From contig OZ037770.1 of the NCBI GenBank assembly GCA_964035545.1, positions 9,616,973-9,680,972 of the forward strand: a stretch of 64,000 nucleotides of DNA, read 5' to 3'. Below, piece by piece: positions 1 through 13,600 of this stretch (positions are counted from its first letter, which is position 1; each line of letters starts with the position of its first letter). The notes under the pieces were generated by a model that was not told the DNA's origin, made no database searches, and saw only the letters and a program-made list of their open reading frames with translations. The stretch is from Bugula neritina (lineage: Eukaryota; Animalia; Bryozoa). Both the position numbers and the translations under genes were made by a program.

Positions 1-81
1 CCTTAGGCTTCTTACTACTCACCATAGCCTTAGGTTTTTTACTACTCACCATAGCCTTAGGGTTTTTACTACTCACCATAG
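1..81. repeat. 27-bp minisatellite (3 copies visible, probably truncated by the window edge) containing the PAIP1 exon/intron junction
   Basis: Unit ~CCTTAGGGTTTTTACTACTCACCATAG at 1-27, 28-54 and 55-81; the reverse complement contains CTATG|GTGAGT. Confidence 0.9.
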
Positions 82-1512
82 CCTGCTTCTTCTCGTGTGA
101 TGGTTTGCCCTGTCCTATCATAAAAGACAGGCTCTTGTTCGTAGTTGTTAGCAGGGAACGTTGGAGGAAGGTGAGCTTGAACAGGAGGAGTTGCTCTTCC
201 CCAGTTTGATGCTCTTAGAGTTGATATTGAAGCAAGCATTCGACAACTGCGATCACTTACAACACCTACATCAGGTAGTGTAACATTGTAAATTGCCACA
301 TGTAGTTCATGAGCAATAAAATCACAAAGGCTTTTACAGAATCTGGTGAAATATGAATTTAGGTTATTCAAACAATTTATCAAACATTTCCAAAGCTCAA
401 CTCTGAAAGTGGTGTAAGACTTGAACTATTAGTGATCACACAGCATTACATAAATCTGTATCAGCAACATAAAACCTATCAATAGTATTTCTAGTATTAT
501 CCACCATAACCACGATTCAAGTTTTAGCTATTATCAGTTTAACAATATACTCACCTTGTTTAATTTTGCCATCAATACTGGACAAGATGGAAACTAATTG
601 ATCTACATTGTTAATGCCAGCTAGATCATCTTCAAACCGACCTCCACACATCTTTAATACTTGAACAATGGTGATAGTAATACTATCATCTAATGTACTA
701 ATTAACTTCTCCAAAATATCAAGCAGAGCTGCCCTAACTTTGTCAATTCCTCCTACTGACTGAGTATATAACTCAGCCAAAAATAATGCAAATAAGCACA
801 ACCGATTTCGATCACGCCCTAACAAGCTTTCAGCTTGAAGATATTCCTGATGACAACGCTTCATAATGTGTTGCTTAAATGTTCCATTGTGATTATTAGC
901 AACATTCACAGCTATATAATCACAAAATCTTCCACAGGTGTAAGCAAAATTTTTATAAGTAATAGCCCATTCAAAGATAACATCACAGGCGATTTCAATG
1001 AATTCCTTTCTTGTAAAAATAGTTTTGAAATAATTAGCAATATTGGGCATTGAGCGATCAAACCTGCCTGGGAAATCCTTTAGCTCTTGAAGCATTAATT
1101 CCAAATTATTAGTGAATTTCTCATAATCATTTTGAAGTGCTTCTGATGGTATGAACTCTGGAGCTGCAACTGACAAAGCTGGAGATGACTTTGCAACTTT
1201 GGGAACAAAAGCTTCAGCAGATGCATTCAAAACAGTAATTGTCTTAGAGGATGAAGGAACCGAGCTGTCAGAAACTGTAGTTTTAGGAGCGGTAGACATA
1301 GATGTTGTTGGTCTTTTGGGCGTAGATTGAGATTCTAAACTTCTAGGTGACTGGGATCCACTGCCAGGCCTACTAGAACTCCTTGATGAATCGCTAGCTG
1401 GTTTCCTCAAAGGAGAGCTATCTAATCCATAACCTCTACCTCGACCTCGTCCTCTGCCAGCAGAGTTAGAAGTCTTTGGACTTTTTGAAGGCGATGTATT
1501 ATTTTCAGACAT
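77..1512 (-). CDS. PAIP1: Polyadenylate-binding protein-interacting protein 1 (PAM2 + MIF4G), first two coding exons; 3' end outside window
   Basis: Exon 1512-555 (ATG MSENNTS..., donor CAAG|GTGAGT) and exon 265-77 (acceptor TGTAG|, donor TATG|GTGAGT), phases compatible. PAM2 motif LSVAAPEFIP; MIF4G-like ELKDFPGRFD...NFAYTCGRFCDY; C-terminal LRASNWGR...EPVFY matches the PAIP1 motif LRSSNWGR...EPTFY. Confidence 0.88.
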
Positions 1513-4500
1513 TAAGCCTTTAGCCACTAACGTTAATTATGACAGTCTGAATTTTAGTTTGTCACCGTCCCACTCGTAATTGACCACAAGTTAACACTTG
1601 AAGTTGAACTAGACAATTTATAAAGCTGAACGGGAATTCAATATGAATATTCTGACAGAGTTTCACGCGAACGAAACATTAAGTTCGACTATAAAATGTA
1701 TCCTTATGAAAAGGACTAGCCCTCGGAGTATCAGTATGAGTATTACTATCAACTCAAGTATTAGTAGGAGTATTGGCGTATCACCAACAGTAAGACTAAG
1801 TGAGTAACACTGTATGAGTATCAGTGCGAATGCCTAGTGACTGTAAAATTACACAGATTTAAAAACTTATACTAATACTTATAGCATAGCCATGAAGCTA
1901 AGCAGTAGCAGAATTCAAACAAATTAAAATACAATCAAATTAAAATAAGCGGTAAGCTCAAAAACTAGCGTTTTTCTAACAGTTACTCCAAGACCTGGAC
2001 CACGTTACCTACTTATAACTAAATAATTATCAACATTAATTTCAAGTTCAATGTATCTATAATCACCATCTTTAACTCAACGAACGGAAACTAATAATTA
2101 TGAACTAAAGCCAGTGTACTTATGGAGGTTTATGGTGAGCGACAAGGAGTTTACTAGCTCGCTAGTAGCTGCTGCTTTAACTGAATTTACAATTCGTGCG
2201 ATTGTCAAATGTATTCAAATAGACAATGCTCGGGCTCTACTTTTGACAATGACAGCTACTATTACCAATAACCCTTTAACCAACCACTTAATTTAATAGA
2301 CGAATCCTGCTTGAATAGATAGTGAACATGCCCCAGACGTCAATGTTGTGTTGGACACATAACTCTAACAGGAATTATTATGTTTATACTCACGTTACAA
2401 TTCTATAATAATATTATAGTAGAAAATCGCCTAGCTTTTCCACCAAGGGAAAATAACTCTATAAATTCCGCTGCTGGACGAATCAGCAGTGTCAAGTTTA
2501 GTACTACGCAGAAAGTTGCTCCATTCGCTTGATACAGATTGCTACCATACAAGAAATTTTGAGATTTTAATAAAAATAATTCTCTATTATTTGGTTGTTG
2601 ACTTCGAAATTTAAAGTGTACCAACAACATGAACTGAAAGTTTGCCATTTATTAGAAAGATCTTGGTGCGTTAATCAAGAATTATTTTATTAATAAAATA
2701 TTTAAAATATGTAGTGCGTTTTCATTAAAAATAAGATTTTCAATATAACTGAGTTTCTGTATAAATGAGGTTTCTTTAAAGTAGGCATTGTGTGACTCAA
2801 ACTATTTGAAAAAAATTAAGATAAAATCAAGGCAGTGGACAGCAAATTGCTAGTGCAGAAATATTTACAGATATGTATATAAATATTATATAATATGTAA
2901 TTGACGAAAAATAAATATATAGAAAATGTTAATAGTATACTTTTAGCTAAGTATGACCAAGCAAAGTAAACCAAATGTTGTAAATATTGCTAAAGATGAA
3001 AAATAAATTTTAAGTAGAATATAATAAATATTTGATAACTATAACCTAAACTTGAATATTGATGACATTTACATAGGAAACAAAGAGAATATAAACAAAA
3101 AATCTTAATTATTAATTGGAAAAATAATTTTGATATAATTTCCGAAAGTAATATAGCATTTTATCACAGTATATTTTACAGCATTATTATTTATACTCCT
3201 TAAAGTTGTTAAAATTATTATTGCTAAGGTTGTTTCCACACCAAGATGCACAAGTGTCTTTATGTTTGACTTCATATCAAGAATTAATCTTCAGTCCGGA
3301 GTCATTTACTGGTGGGGGGATAGTGATGCATAGACCTTATACTTGTACCACTAAAACATATACACTCAGAATAATATAAGTTTAATACTTTTTTTTAAAT
3401 TTCACCAGATATGAGACAAAGCTAAGAGTATACAGTAATAAGTTTTACTGTATTTCGTGGTAAAATATATCCATGGGACTTATATATGTTTATTACCAAC
3501 ATAAAGCAGAACTTGATATCAGGCGAATTTAGCAGTCACATTTATATTATTTACTTTTGATGGCACTTATAGGCTGTATAGAAAATGAAACAGATAGCTG
3601 GTGAAAAATAGGCAAGTGTTTGAACCATTAAGCTTATATCTCAGATAGAGAAGTGAAAAACTGACAGAAGCCGAAGTAGACAGAGTAGTAAGCAACGTAA
3701 CTTGACATAAAGAAAGCATCAATTCACACAGTAAAACAAACTTGCTCTTACAACGATATGGAAAACACAACAATAAGCTTATAAACTCTGAATAAGTCTA
3801 ATATTCTCTTTATAATATAAATTAAGTGTAGAAATAAACGTTGCGGTAGCTGCTATATTCAACTAAACTTTACACTCATACATTTGTGTATTTGCAATAA
3901 AATATAATGAATAAAAAGTTGCAATTGTGTGAACATAATACCACCACTTCTATTTTATCTAACAACCAGCAGCAAGTCGTGACAAGTACCTGTCATTGCT
4001 AAGGTTACTAGCTAATTTACCCTTAGCTAGTATATCGGTAGGCGTGTTATTTGTGGTGGTAGCTGTTGTAGAGGATTGTTTAAGAGAATCAAGCAATACT
4101 GACCATGAATATTGCGTACAACAGGAACAACTCACCCACTGTGGGTTAGACACCCTATAAGGACAGCTACGAGGTAGTAATAAACATGTGTCGCTATACA
4201 GAATGGAAATCAAATAAACTATTCTTGTATCAATATTGGTTAGATAATCGACAACCGTGGCACACATGAATAGATCAACCCTCAAAGTGTAACATTTTTT
4301 CCAATTTAAATTATAGTTTTTTTTAAATAAATTTGACAAGACAGTGAAAATCCTGCTTTTGTTGAATCAATGAACTACTTTTAATACAGGAATATGGGTC
4401 AGCACAGAATGTTAGATTTAACCTCTCGTTGACATATCATTTAATAATAAAAACAGTCTAACAGAGCAACAAGTGACAGCCCTTCACTGTGATGTCACAG

Positions 4501-4634
4501 ATTTGTATTTCTATCAAAAGCACAAAACTGTGAAACCATGAATTTAGTCATTATACAGATAGCTTTAGCGAGGACACCAAAGGTGATGCTTGCTCCACAC
4601 ATAAAATAATATAAGAGAAAAAAAAACATTTAAA

Positions 4635-7600
4635 TCACCTTCCATCTTGAGAAGCTGGCTTGTTACATTTCTTTCTATTGTAGTGGGTCCTAAAAGCAAA
4701 GCAACATTATATTATAAGTAGAAACATGTGCTGTGTGTATAGTGAATACTGAGCTAAATAGCATGAGAAAGTACCATTTCCGGGTTAAGCATAACATTCT
4801 AAGCATAAAAGAATCACACAATAGCTGAACACAGTTTTGTAATGACAACTTAAATACCTACATACAACTACATGTACTAGAAATACCCACATTCAATTAC
4901 AGCTACTATATAAATATCTACATTCAACTATGTGCGCTACAAACACCTGTATTCAACTACACTTACTGCATTCGATGTGCATGTAACAGAAAGAGATAGG
5001 TGCAGTAATAGAGAAGTTGAGAAAAGTCTGTGTTCTAGATAAAAATATAGCAGAAGAAGTTATGTTCTTGCAAGAAATTCAACCGCCGCTCCAAATCAAA
5101 ATTTATAAAGAAATTTAAAGAACTTAGCTGTGTCAATTTCTCCACTACTGCTCCTAAATCAACATAAATGAGGCAGAGCAGCTAACGTACACAAAAACAA
5201 GACACGAACAGCAGAAGAGAATTACTGGTACCTGAACTTTTGCTGAATGACAACAGCTGCATTTCTACTACGTTTGAAATGCTCGTGCTCTCTGTAGGCT
5301 CGGTAGTGATGTTGAATCAGCAATGCGGCATCACGACTTTTCTTAAACCTCTTCTGGGCGTAGTAAGATCTGAACTGTGATTGGATAAGCGTGGCGGCTT
5401 GCTGCTTCTGTATGTGCCTAAGGGTGGTGAACTGCAAGAGAATGTATACAACATAATTGCATGTTTATGGGCGACGTCTGCAGCAGTTACTAGAGGAGAT
5501 GCCTAATTATCTGTAAAAATCGATACAGTAGAGTGTAGTCAGACTAATACCATGGATTAAGTTACATTGCCGTCTTATTTCTCTACTAAGCAATGCTGAA
5601 AAAGCAACAAAATTTAAGAACCATGACATGGCACTAGTTCGTAGTAGAGCTTTAGATATTATATTAAAGTTTGGAGTTGTCTCATCACCAGTCAATGGTC
5701 TACTCGAGGGCAGGTGAAAGAGAATATCCTGTATATGGCTTTAACTAGAAATTCTAAAAATAGATTACTGGCTGAGGTAAACTCATGCGTCCAATTTTTG
5801 TTCTCTTGAATGCTGACCGGACAGATAAAAGTTAAGAGCGGACAACACTGAAAAAAATTTTAAAATATTTTCAAAAATTTAGCTCTTTATAGTTTATTAA
5901 AACTTTTGCACATTCGACTTGAAATTTTAAAAACCGGTTTTATTTATATAAAATACTGCCTGCATTCAGAGTTTATAATGAGGAATGTGACGATCTAACC
6001 TCTTTAAATCTCCTGTAGTACGTCTGAATAATCTTGGCAGCTTCTATTTCTCTTTGCTGCTGCTTTTTGTCTTTGAACTGACGAAACGCGTGTTGAATGA
6101 CTTGCGCTGCCTGATAGAGTTTCCGCTGCTCTGTATCAGACAGCGTCAACTGCGAAAGTCCATACTCCACCCCCTCACCTGGCAAATAACACCCACTTCT
6201 AATATCATATTCAGTTCGAAATACAGTGCTCTCTCTTAACCTCATGGTTCTCATTTTAACGAAATCTCATAGGACACGTGAAGGGCTTATACTTCCTCTC
6301 TCCCCCCTTTTTGTCACTTGTGTATGTGTGTATAGGGACAGAATGGCCCAATTTAATTGAAACTCGATTTGAATCTGGTAGTCTAATATATCACAAATTG
6401 TCATTTCAAGACTTGTAGCTTAGTAAGATACAGAGGGAGTACTGTAAGTCTATCAGTGAATATGACACACAGAAAATTAATTGTAGTTTAGCACAGATTA
6501 TATAAAGAAAAAATAGTAGCTTCAGACTGTTTCATAAACATACAGACTTTGCTGTATCACCATATTTATGACAACTTGTATAACCGATAGTTTTGTAAAA
6601 ATTGCCACAGGCGTTGCATACCCGCATTAAAGTATTCTCCAAGTATCTGTGCACTGGGTGGGGGGCTGTCCGACCGTCCCGTATTATAAGAAGTAGTGCT
6701 AGCAACAGATGTTGAGTGGTAAGGAGAGGCAAGGCTGGCAGGAGTGACAACTCCCATGTGATAGTAGGGTGACGAGTTGAAGAAGGACGCGGAATGAGTT
6801 TGTGAACTCGTAGCTGCACTGAAACATGGGCTGGAGGACAGACGACTCCTAAAATAGTTCATAAAACGATTTTAGCCATAGATATATGCCCGCAAACGTT
6901 GTGATTCTGTGCTGTGTGATTCTGAAGTAGTAGATCTCAAACATTTAGCAGACCTATACTAAACTTTAATTGAACATTTTTTTTCATCACTGGCACAGTA
7001 TAGAAATAGCATAAATTCATTATCAACACTTAAAACAGACTATTTTTTTTGAAAATGGCAAACTGCAATCAGTGATGACATAATTGTAAAGAAATGTGTA
7101 GGAAGCACAAGCGACATCTGTAGAGTATAATGGGGAAAAGTAAGGGTACCTGTTCCACTCCTCCACCCAGTCACTAGTAAGAGGTGTACAAACTCCACTA
7201 TCCTCCGCATACGAGGGAGTAGAACTGAACGATGACCTTGAAGAACTTCTCTCTCTGTACGACAGCAGAGCAACTGAACTGCTGTCATCGGAGGCTGTCG
7301 ACTTAATCCTACAGAGAATATATATTTCATTATATTATATATTCAATGCATCCTCACAGATATACGCAAAATGCAAAGGAGTTAATAATTCTATTCAAAA
7401 TGATTCTAATTTTTGTCAGCTGGAAGTGGGATTATTTTGTGTAGAAAACCAAACAAATGGACTTGTTGTACAATTTAATGGGACTGAATAACGAACTACA
7501 GGGTGCTGATAACTCCCAAAGAAACAAAAACCTGGATGTAACAAGTCAGTAGAACTTAGCACTTAGTTTGCTCATCATATTCTGAGATTGCAAAGAATGC

Positions 7601-10600
7601 AAGAAGTGATGTTTGGGTTCAAACATCACTTCCTGCAAAAGCTTCTCTCTAATTGCATGTAATTTTCCGTTTAATTATAACTGAATATACAGCTCATTAT
7701 TATAACTATATATCCTAAATATACCATTAGAACATACAACTAAAACACAAAGGACTTCCTATGATTCACAAAGCTAGCAACTATGATGACAGCAACATTA
7801 GTAGCACTCATGAACCGAAAGACAACACCTACCTGTCAGGTATAGCCGCTATGATATGCTCAGCGAGAGTTCGTATGTGGGTGTGCACATCCCCCTCAGT
7901 CTCAATCACACTAGAGTTACCGTCATCCGACACGCCTTCCACATCTACTATGAAGTCCTCTTCGCCCAGCTCTCTGTGATAAATACATAATATCAGGTGT
8001 ACTGGGGAATACCGGGAGACTTGGTATACCTAATGGTAGACTCTCTTTCACTTTAACAAATCATTGCCTTTTACAGTGCATTAGAAAGTCAATCAATTAG
8101 ATTTATAGTACAGATGGTGAAGAACTGCAAATTAAACTGAAACCTAGTATATTTAAAGTTAGCTTGAAACTTATGTAAATTTATCACGCAACCTCAAAAC
8201 ATTTAAATAACCGGTAACACACTTCACTTATGCAGTATTAAAAATATTTTTTTATATATATTAGTTGTCATCTACATACTGTTTTAAGGTTAAATGCCTG
8301 ATCAATTTTGTTTCATAATGAATTTTGTGCAAGTATGTGCTAAACTGATCTGGGTATTCATATCCCTTGGAAATGACGTTTCCGGTTGGCTTTGACTTAC
8401 CGCTACTAAAAAACTTATACTAATTATAGCTAACTTTCATTGCATGTTATTTATAGCTGATGCACTGCACAGCCTAATGACTGATATGGCTTTAAAGTTC
8501 AAAACTTAGAAATTACTAATGCAGCTGTCGCGTAACCATACCTTAGCTCAGTTCCAACAAATAAAAACAGTTCAAAGGTTACAATCCATCATAGAGTGGA
8601 GAAATGCTAATAATATTGTACATCTATATAGAAACACAAAGAGAAACTCAAACGACTACTACCTTGCAGCTACCAATACTAACAATATTCATTTTTAAAT
8701 AGAAAAACCATTTTTTTTCAGAATTATATCACTTGAGATTCAGACTGACTATTTGCACAGGCCGAACCTTTGCGTGTTGAGAGACATAGAGATGGGTTCC
8801 TCCAGGTGGTGTAGTGGAGAAGGTGTGTGCATGCTATCTGGGGTGGAGCAGTGTATGTCTGTATCTACACTCAGTCCAGAAGGAGTATGGGGAGACCCGG
8901 TCAAGTGTGAAGGTAAATACGCACTGTTTGGAGTACTGTTATGCCTGGTTACCTAGCAACAAGTAAATAAATACTACCTGCAAATCATCATTATGATAAT
9001 TATATATAAAATAATTATAATCATATTATAATTATTTTTATACATAATATTATATAAGTACTATAAATTATTATAATTATGAAATCACTATTAAAATGAA
9101 AATCAACTAATTTTGCCAGCAAGAATATACTATAATCAATTACAGTGCATTCTCTATATCTCACTAAGCTACGAGTCTGGACGCCTCAATTCGTGACATA
9201 TTATAATACCACATTTAAATCGCTGATTAATTAAATATGACCATTTGGTCTCTATACACACAAAAATAAACCACGAAATGAGGGTCCAAGCCTTTCTCGT
9301 GACCTATAGAAATTCGTGAGAAAGGAATCCGTGAGATACAGAGGGAGCACTGGAATACATTACAATTTTATTTTGATAAATTAATATATTAGAATTCTCA
9401 ATCTCATTTTACAAGGCAGCTATTCCGGTCACATCACAACATAAACTTAAAAGATATAGCTCGGAATCTGCCAATACTGCAAGTATAACATACGGGTGGG
9501 TGTCTGACTGGTGAGGAACGTCTCGCAGGAGAGGCAGACCTCCTGAGAGTGTGTTTGTTTGGAAAGAGAGTGCATTTGTTGAGCCCTTGATGCTCAAGTT
9601 TGGACTCCAGAACCGAGTGCTCTTGCTGCACCAGCATCTCCTAGAGAAATGAAACATAATATCCACTAATTAGCCTGTGAATCTTACAAAACACAGGTAG
9701 ATGTAGCTTACTTAATACCAGATCGTGTCAATTACCACATCACATGTAAAGTGATGTCATATAATTATAATATGTAATAATATACTACAATATGTAATGT
9801 TTATAACGTGCTAAAAAGTAATGAATGCTGCTTATCTCAGCTTTTTGTATAAATGCTAAGAAATGAATGTACAAGCCACGGCGATAGTTAAGTTCTATAA
9901 GGAAATTGAAAAAAATAGCTCAATTTAAACAGTTTAACTGGTATCATCCATCAAAGTTGAAGACATAAATGAAGATCGGAAGAGCTTCTCCCAAGAGCTT
10001 CATTTAAAAGACTGACTTAAAAAGTTTGCTTTAAAATGTGCCAATATTTACCTGCATATCGACTGCACTGCAAAAACTTACCACGATATGTTTGTTCCTA
10101 AATGCTCTGGCAAGACTCAAGGGAGTCATTCCCTCTTTATTGATTTCGTCTAGTACCAAACGGTCCATGTAATACAAGACAAGGGCAGTCTCCATTCGAC
10201 CCAATGCACATGCCCAGTGCTATGAAATAAAGCATTCGTACAATAGTAACTGCACAGGAGGTCATGAGTTCAAGATACAGCAATGAGTCATACAGGCATA
10301 AGTGAATATTACATACGGAGTAAAATTATACTAACCAGAGGAAAGCATCCATTATTGTCGGGCGTTGATGTTGATACTTCATTAGCTAGAATGTCACAAG
10401 AGCTTTCATTTCTATAACAAACATTTATATAACACAGTGTAAACATATATCACAACCAGAAATGTGACAACTCTAAATGCTTGTATAATATGAAATGAAA
10501 CTAAAATAAACCTTTTTGAAATTAAAATATTAAATTATTTTGGATGAATATCTCTAAGATACCTGTTGACAAAAGTAGAAAGAAATATTCAAATTGATCC

Positions 10601-13600
10601 AAAATTACAGAGAAACTTTAACGATAAAACTACTAACACAATGAAAATTTCAAATCAACCTACTAAGTAAAAAAATCAAGGCGATTTGCATCTTTGTGTG
10701 AAGTTAGATTAGCTAACATTGTCTGTGAAGGAACGGTATTATAGGACCCGTGGTATCTGTTGATAAATAAGAGACCATAGCACTTAGATAGCTACAGAGA
10801 TGCAGCTTAGGGCCATGCAATATCATGCTCTTCATACCAGATGGTGCCAACATTTTGTAATTATGAGCAAGTATAAAGTAGTGGTTAGTTTCTTACCTCC
10901 AAGCCACGAGTGTTTCAAGTAGAGTTCTGTACCCAAGAGCTGCAGCTAAATGGAATAGAGTCAGTCCTTTGAATGAAGCACTGGGAAGAAGCTCTTTTGA
11001 CCTCCATTTATACCTTCAACAATAGAATAAGGCTAATAAAAAACTCACGCAAGTTTATAGTCACTATCCCTGTGAGAAACTCCTGATGGAAAGGGTTTTT
11101 GTTAAAGAGGGCTAAGGACATATTTAAATGAGGCACAGGAGCAATTATGACTGGATGCTCTCCCTAACATCACCAATAGCCTTTGTCTGGGCTCAAACCC
11201 ATGACCTCGTGTTTACTAGGCAAAAGCTCTAACCTCTAGACCACGGCTTCTCCCTAATAAAACAAGGCTAATATACTCTCAAAAATATAAGGCTTTTTAT
11301 AAAATTCGTACAGGGAGCGGATCATTGCATGGTTAACTAAAAAAAAATTTTTTTTTAAACAGAGAGAGAAGTCAGGCTGTTTAGTGCAGATTTCATGGGC
11401 TTAAAATGCTAAATGAACACAGAAAGAATGAACAAATACTAAAAACAACACTAATTAGCTGAGCACACTATTTGAGTTTGACATCTTTATTTTAATCAAT
11501 TGCAAGAGAACACTGAGTGAGATTTCAAAATGAAACAATTTTCATAATAAACAGCAAAGTTACTGGTAAATAAAAATCACCCAGATTTCATTCCTTTGGC
11601 AATGTATTGTATGTGGTGGCACCAGTCCCAATAGCATTCCATACTTTTACTCTATAGGAAGGGAGGGGGGGGGAACTGATGCTGAGCACTATTACATTGC
11701 ATGAAATAATCCAGACTAAATAACTTCAGCTTATATGTGTGATCCACTAAATTGCCTCAAGCTGGCGTGTCTAAAGAGAAAATACCGGACACACACCTTT
11801 GTATGTTTTGCACTAAAGCGCTGACTCGCTGTTCCAAGTTCATGTTGTCTGCCAGGATAGGGGGCGGGAAGAGAATGTCTAATCTGCACTTTATCTGCTC
11901 AATTCGGTCAACTAAAGCCATCTGCAACCGAGACTCTACAAACACATCAGCAGCTATGCGTAGACTAATCAAATTATGGTCTAGCTAACTTCCACTATTG
12001 CAACGAATCATACACATCGAGTAGAATGTAATATTTTGTATTAGCATCTTTCCAATAGCCTAGAATTTCAAAGCCTAGATAATAATGCAAGAGAATTTTG
12101 TTTTTTCAGTTAAACTTCAAAACTCCACTCTACAACTTGAACTCAAGTGACTATTTCTACAGGACATCTTGTTCACTAGAATGCTGGTAAACCATATTAA
12201 ACCCCTACCATGTAGTAATCGTTCATTTTATTAAAATGTTTCAAGCATTAATTTACATATAAAGGGCCCAAATTTTTATTCAAAACTATGTCATTTCGAG
12301 AGTTGTCTTTTCTTAGATTTATAAAGGCCTTAATAGATGAAAATGAAGCTATGATACACGATTCATACAAACTCATAGATTCTAGATAAACTGTAGTAAT
12401 ACCTAAATAGAATTATATAATACCTTCGCACAGGAACCAGGACTTGTGATGTAATGACTCATACTTCCTGTCACGAAACTCGAATTGACAACTTTCAGAG
12501 ATAATCTTATCTGGACATGCTACTGTCACCTGTACAATACCTTGCTTGTGAGCTGCAAGAGAAGAACGGCAATTATAACATATTATTTATAGCAAAATAT
12601 TCAAGTATTCAATAATGTACTGCTTTAGTATTTAATTTAATACTATTTTAGTGTTGAAAATAACAAAATAAACTTAATACAGCTAAAGAGAAAAATAAAA
12701 TACTACAGACATAACAGTGAGTCATGGAGACTAATCGCTGTTGTGCTGCCTGAACAGGAGCTAAACACTAAACAGGTTGACCTGAGTATAAAAAGATTAA
12801 CATGTATATCACATGAACACAGCAGCATATGAAATAAAAAACTCAGCAAGTTTATAGTCGCCATTCCTGTGAGAAATTCCTGGTGAAAAGGGTTTTTGTT
12901 AAATTGGGCTAAGGGCTTATTTAAATGAGGCACAGGAGCAATTATGACTGGATGCTCTTCCTAACATCACCAATGGCCTTTGTCCAGGCTCAAACCCATG
13001 ACTTCAAGTTTACTAGGCGAACGCTCTAACCCCTAGACCACAGCAGCATATGAAATACATAGTAGTAAACGAGTACATGCTACAATATCAAGATATAGAA
13101 CTATTTTACTTACATGCAAAGCCCCCACAAAGATAAATATACAAATACCTGGAGTAATGCAAGACAAGACTCCATCTTGCACAAACTCAGCTGGCACTGT
13201 TTTATCTCCAAATATACAGGAGTACGTATTAGTAGCAGCTTTCCATGGTCCCACCAGGAGCACCTTACAGCCACCTGCCAAATATGACACGTGACAGAGT
13301 ATGTTAGGTTAACAGATTATAGTGTTTATTAATAAAGTCCAACTCAAGGTAAAAACACAACTGGTGTTGTGGTATTTATATTTATTTCTATTTAAAGACT
13401 GGAAGCTCATTTAAAAGCACAAAACTTGTTTATTCTAAGCAGTATAGTGCTGCAACAAATATCCTATGAAGCAGGGGGAGAGAGAGTGCATCAGGAGGTG
13501 ACATTTACAGATGAATAATACCCCATGGTGTAATTTTTTTCTTTTTATAGCGTGAAATTAGTCTATCTGGTGATGAGATCACCTGTGTCAAGTGAATTCA

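Noticed and set aside
3567-4339. Minus-strand ORFs of 68 and 126 aa
   Set aside because: Non-ATG starts, no motifs; they lie in the probable CAMTA 3' UTR or intergenic region.
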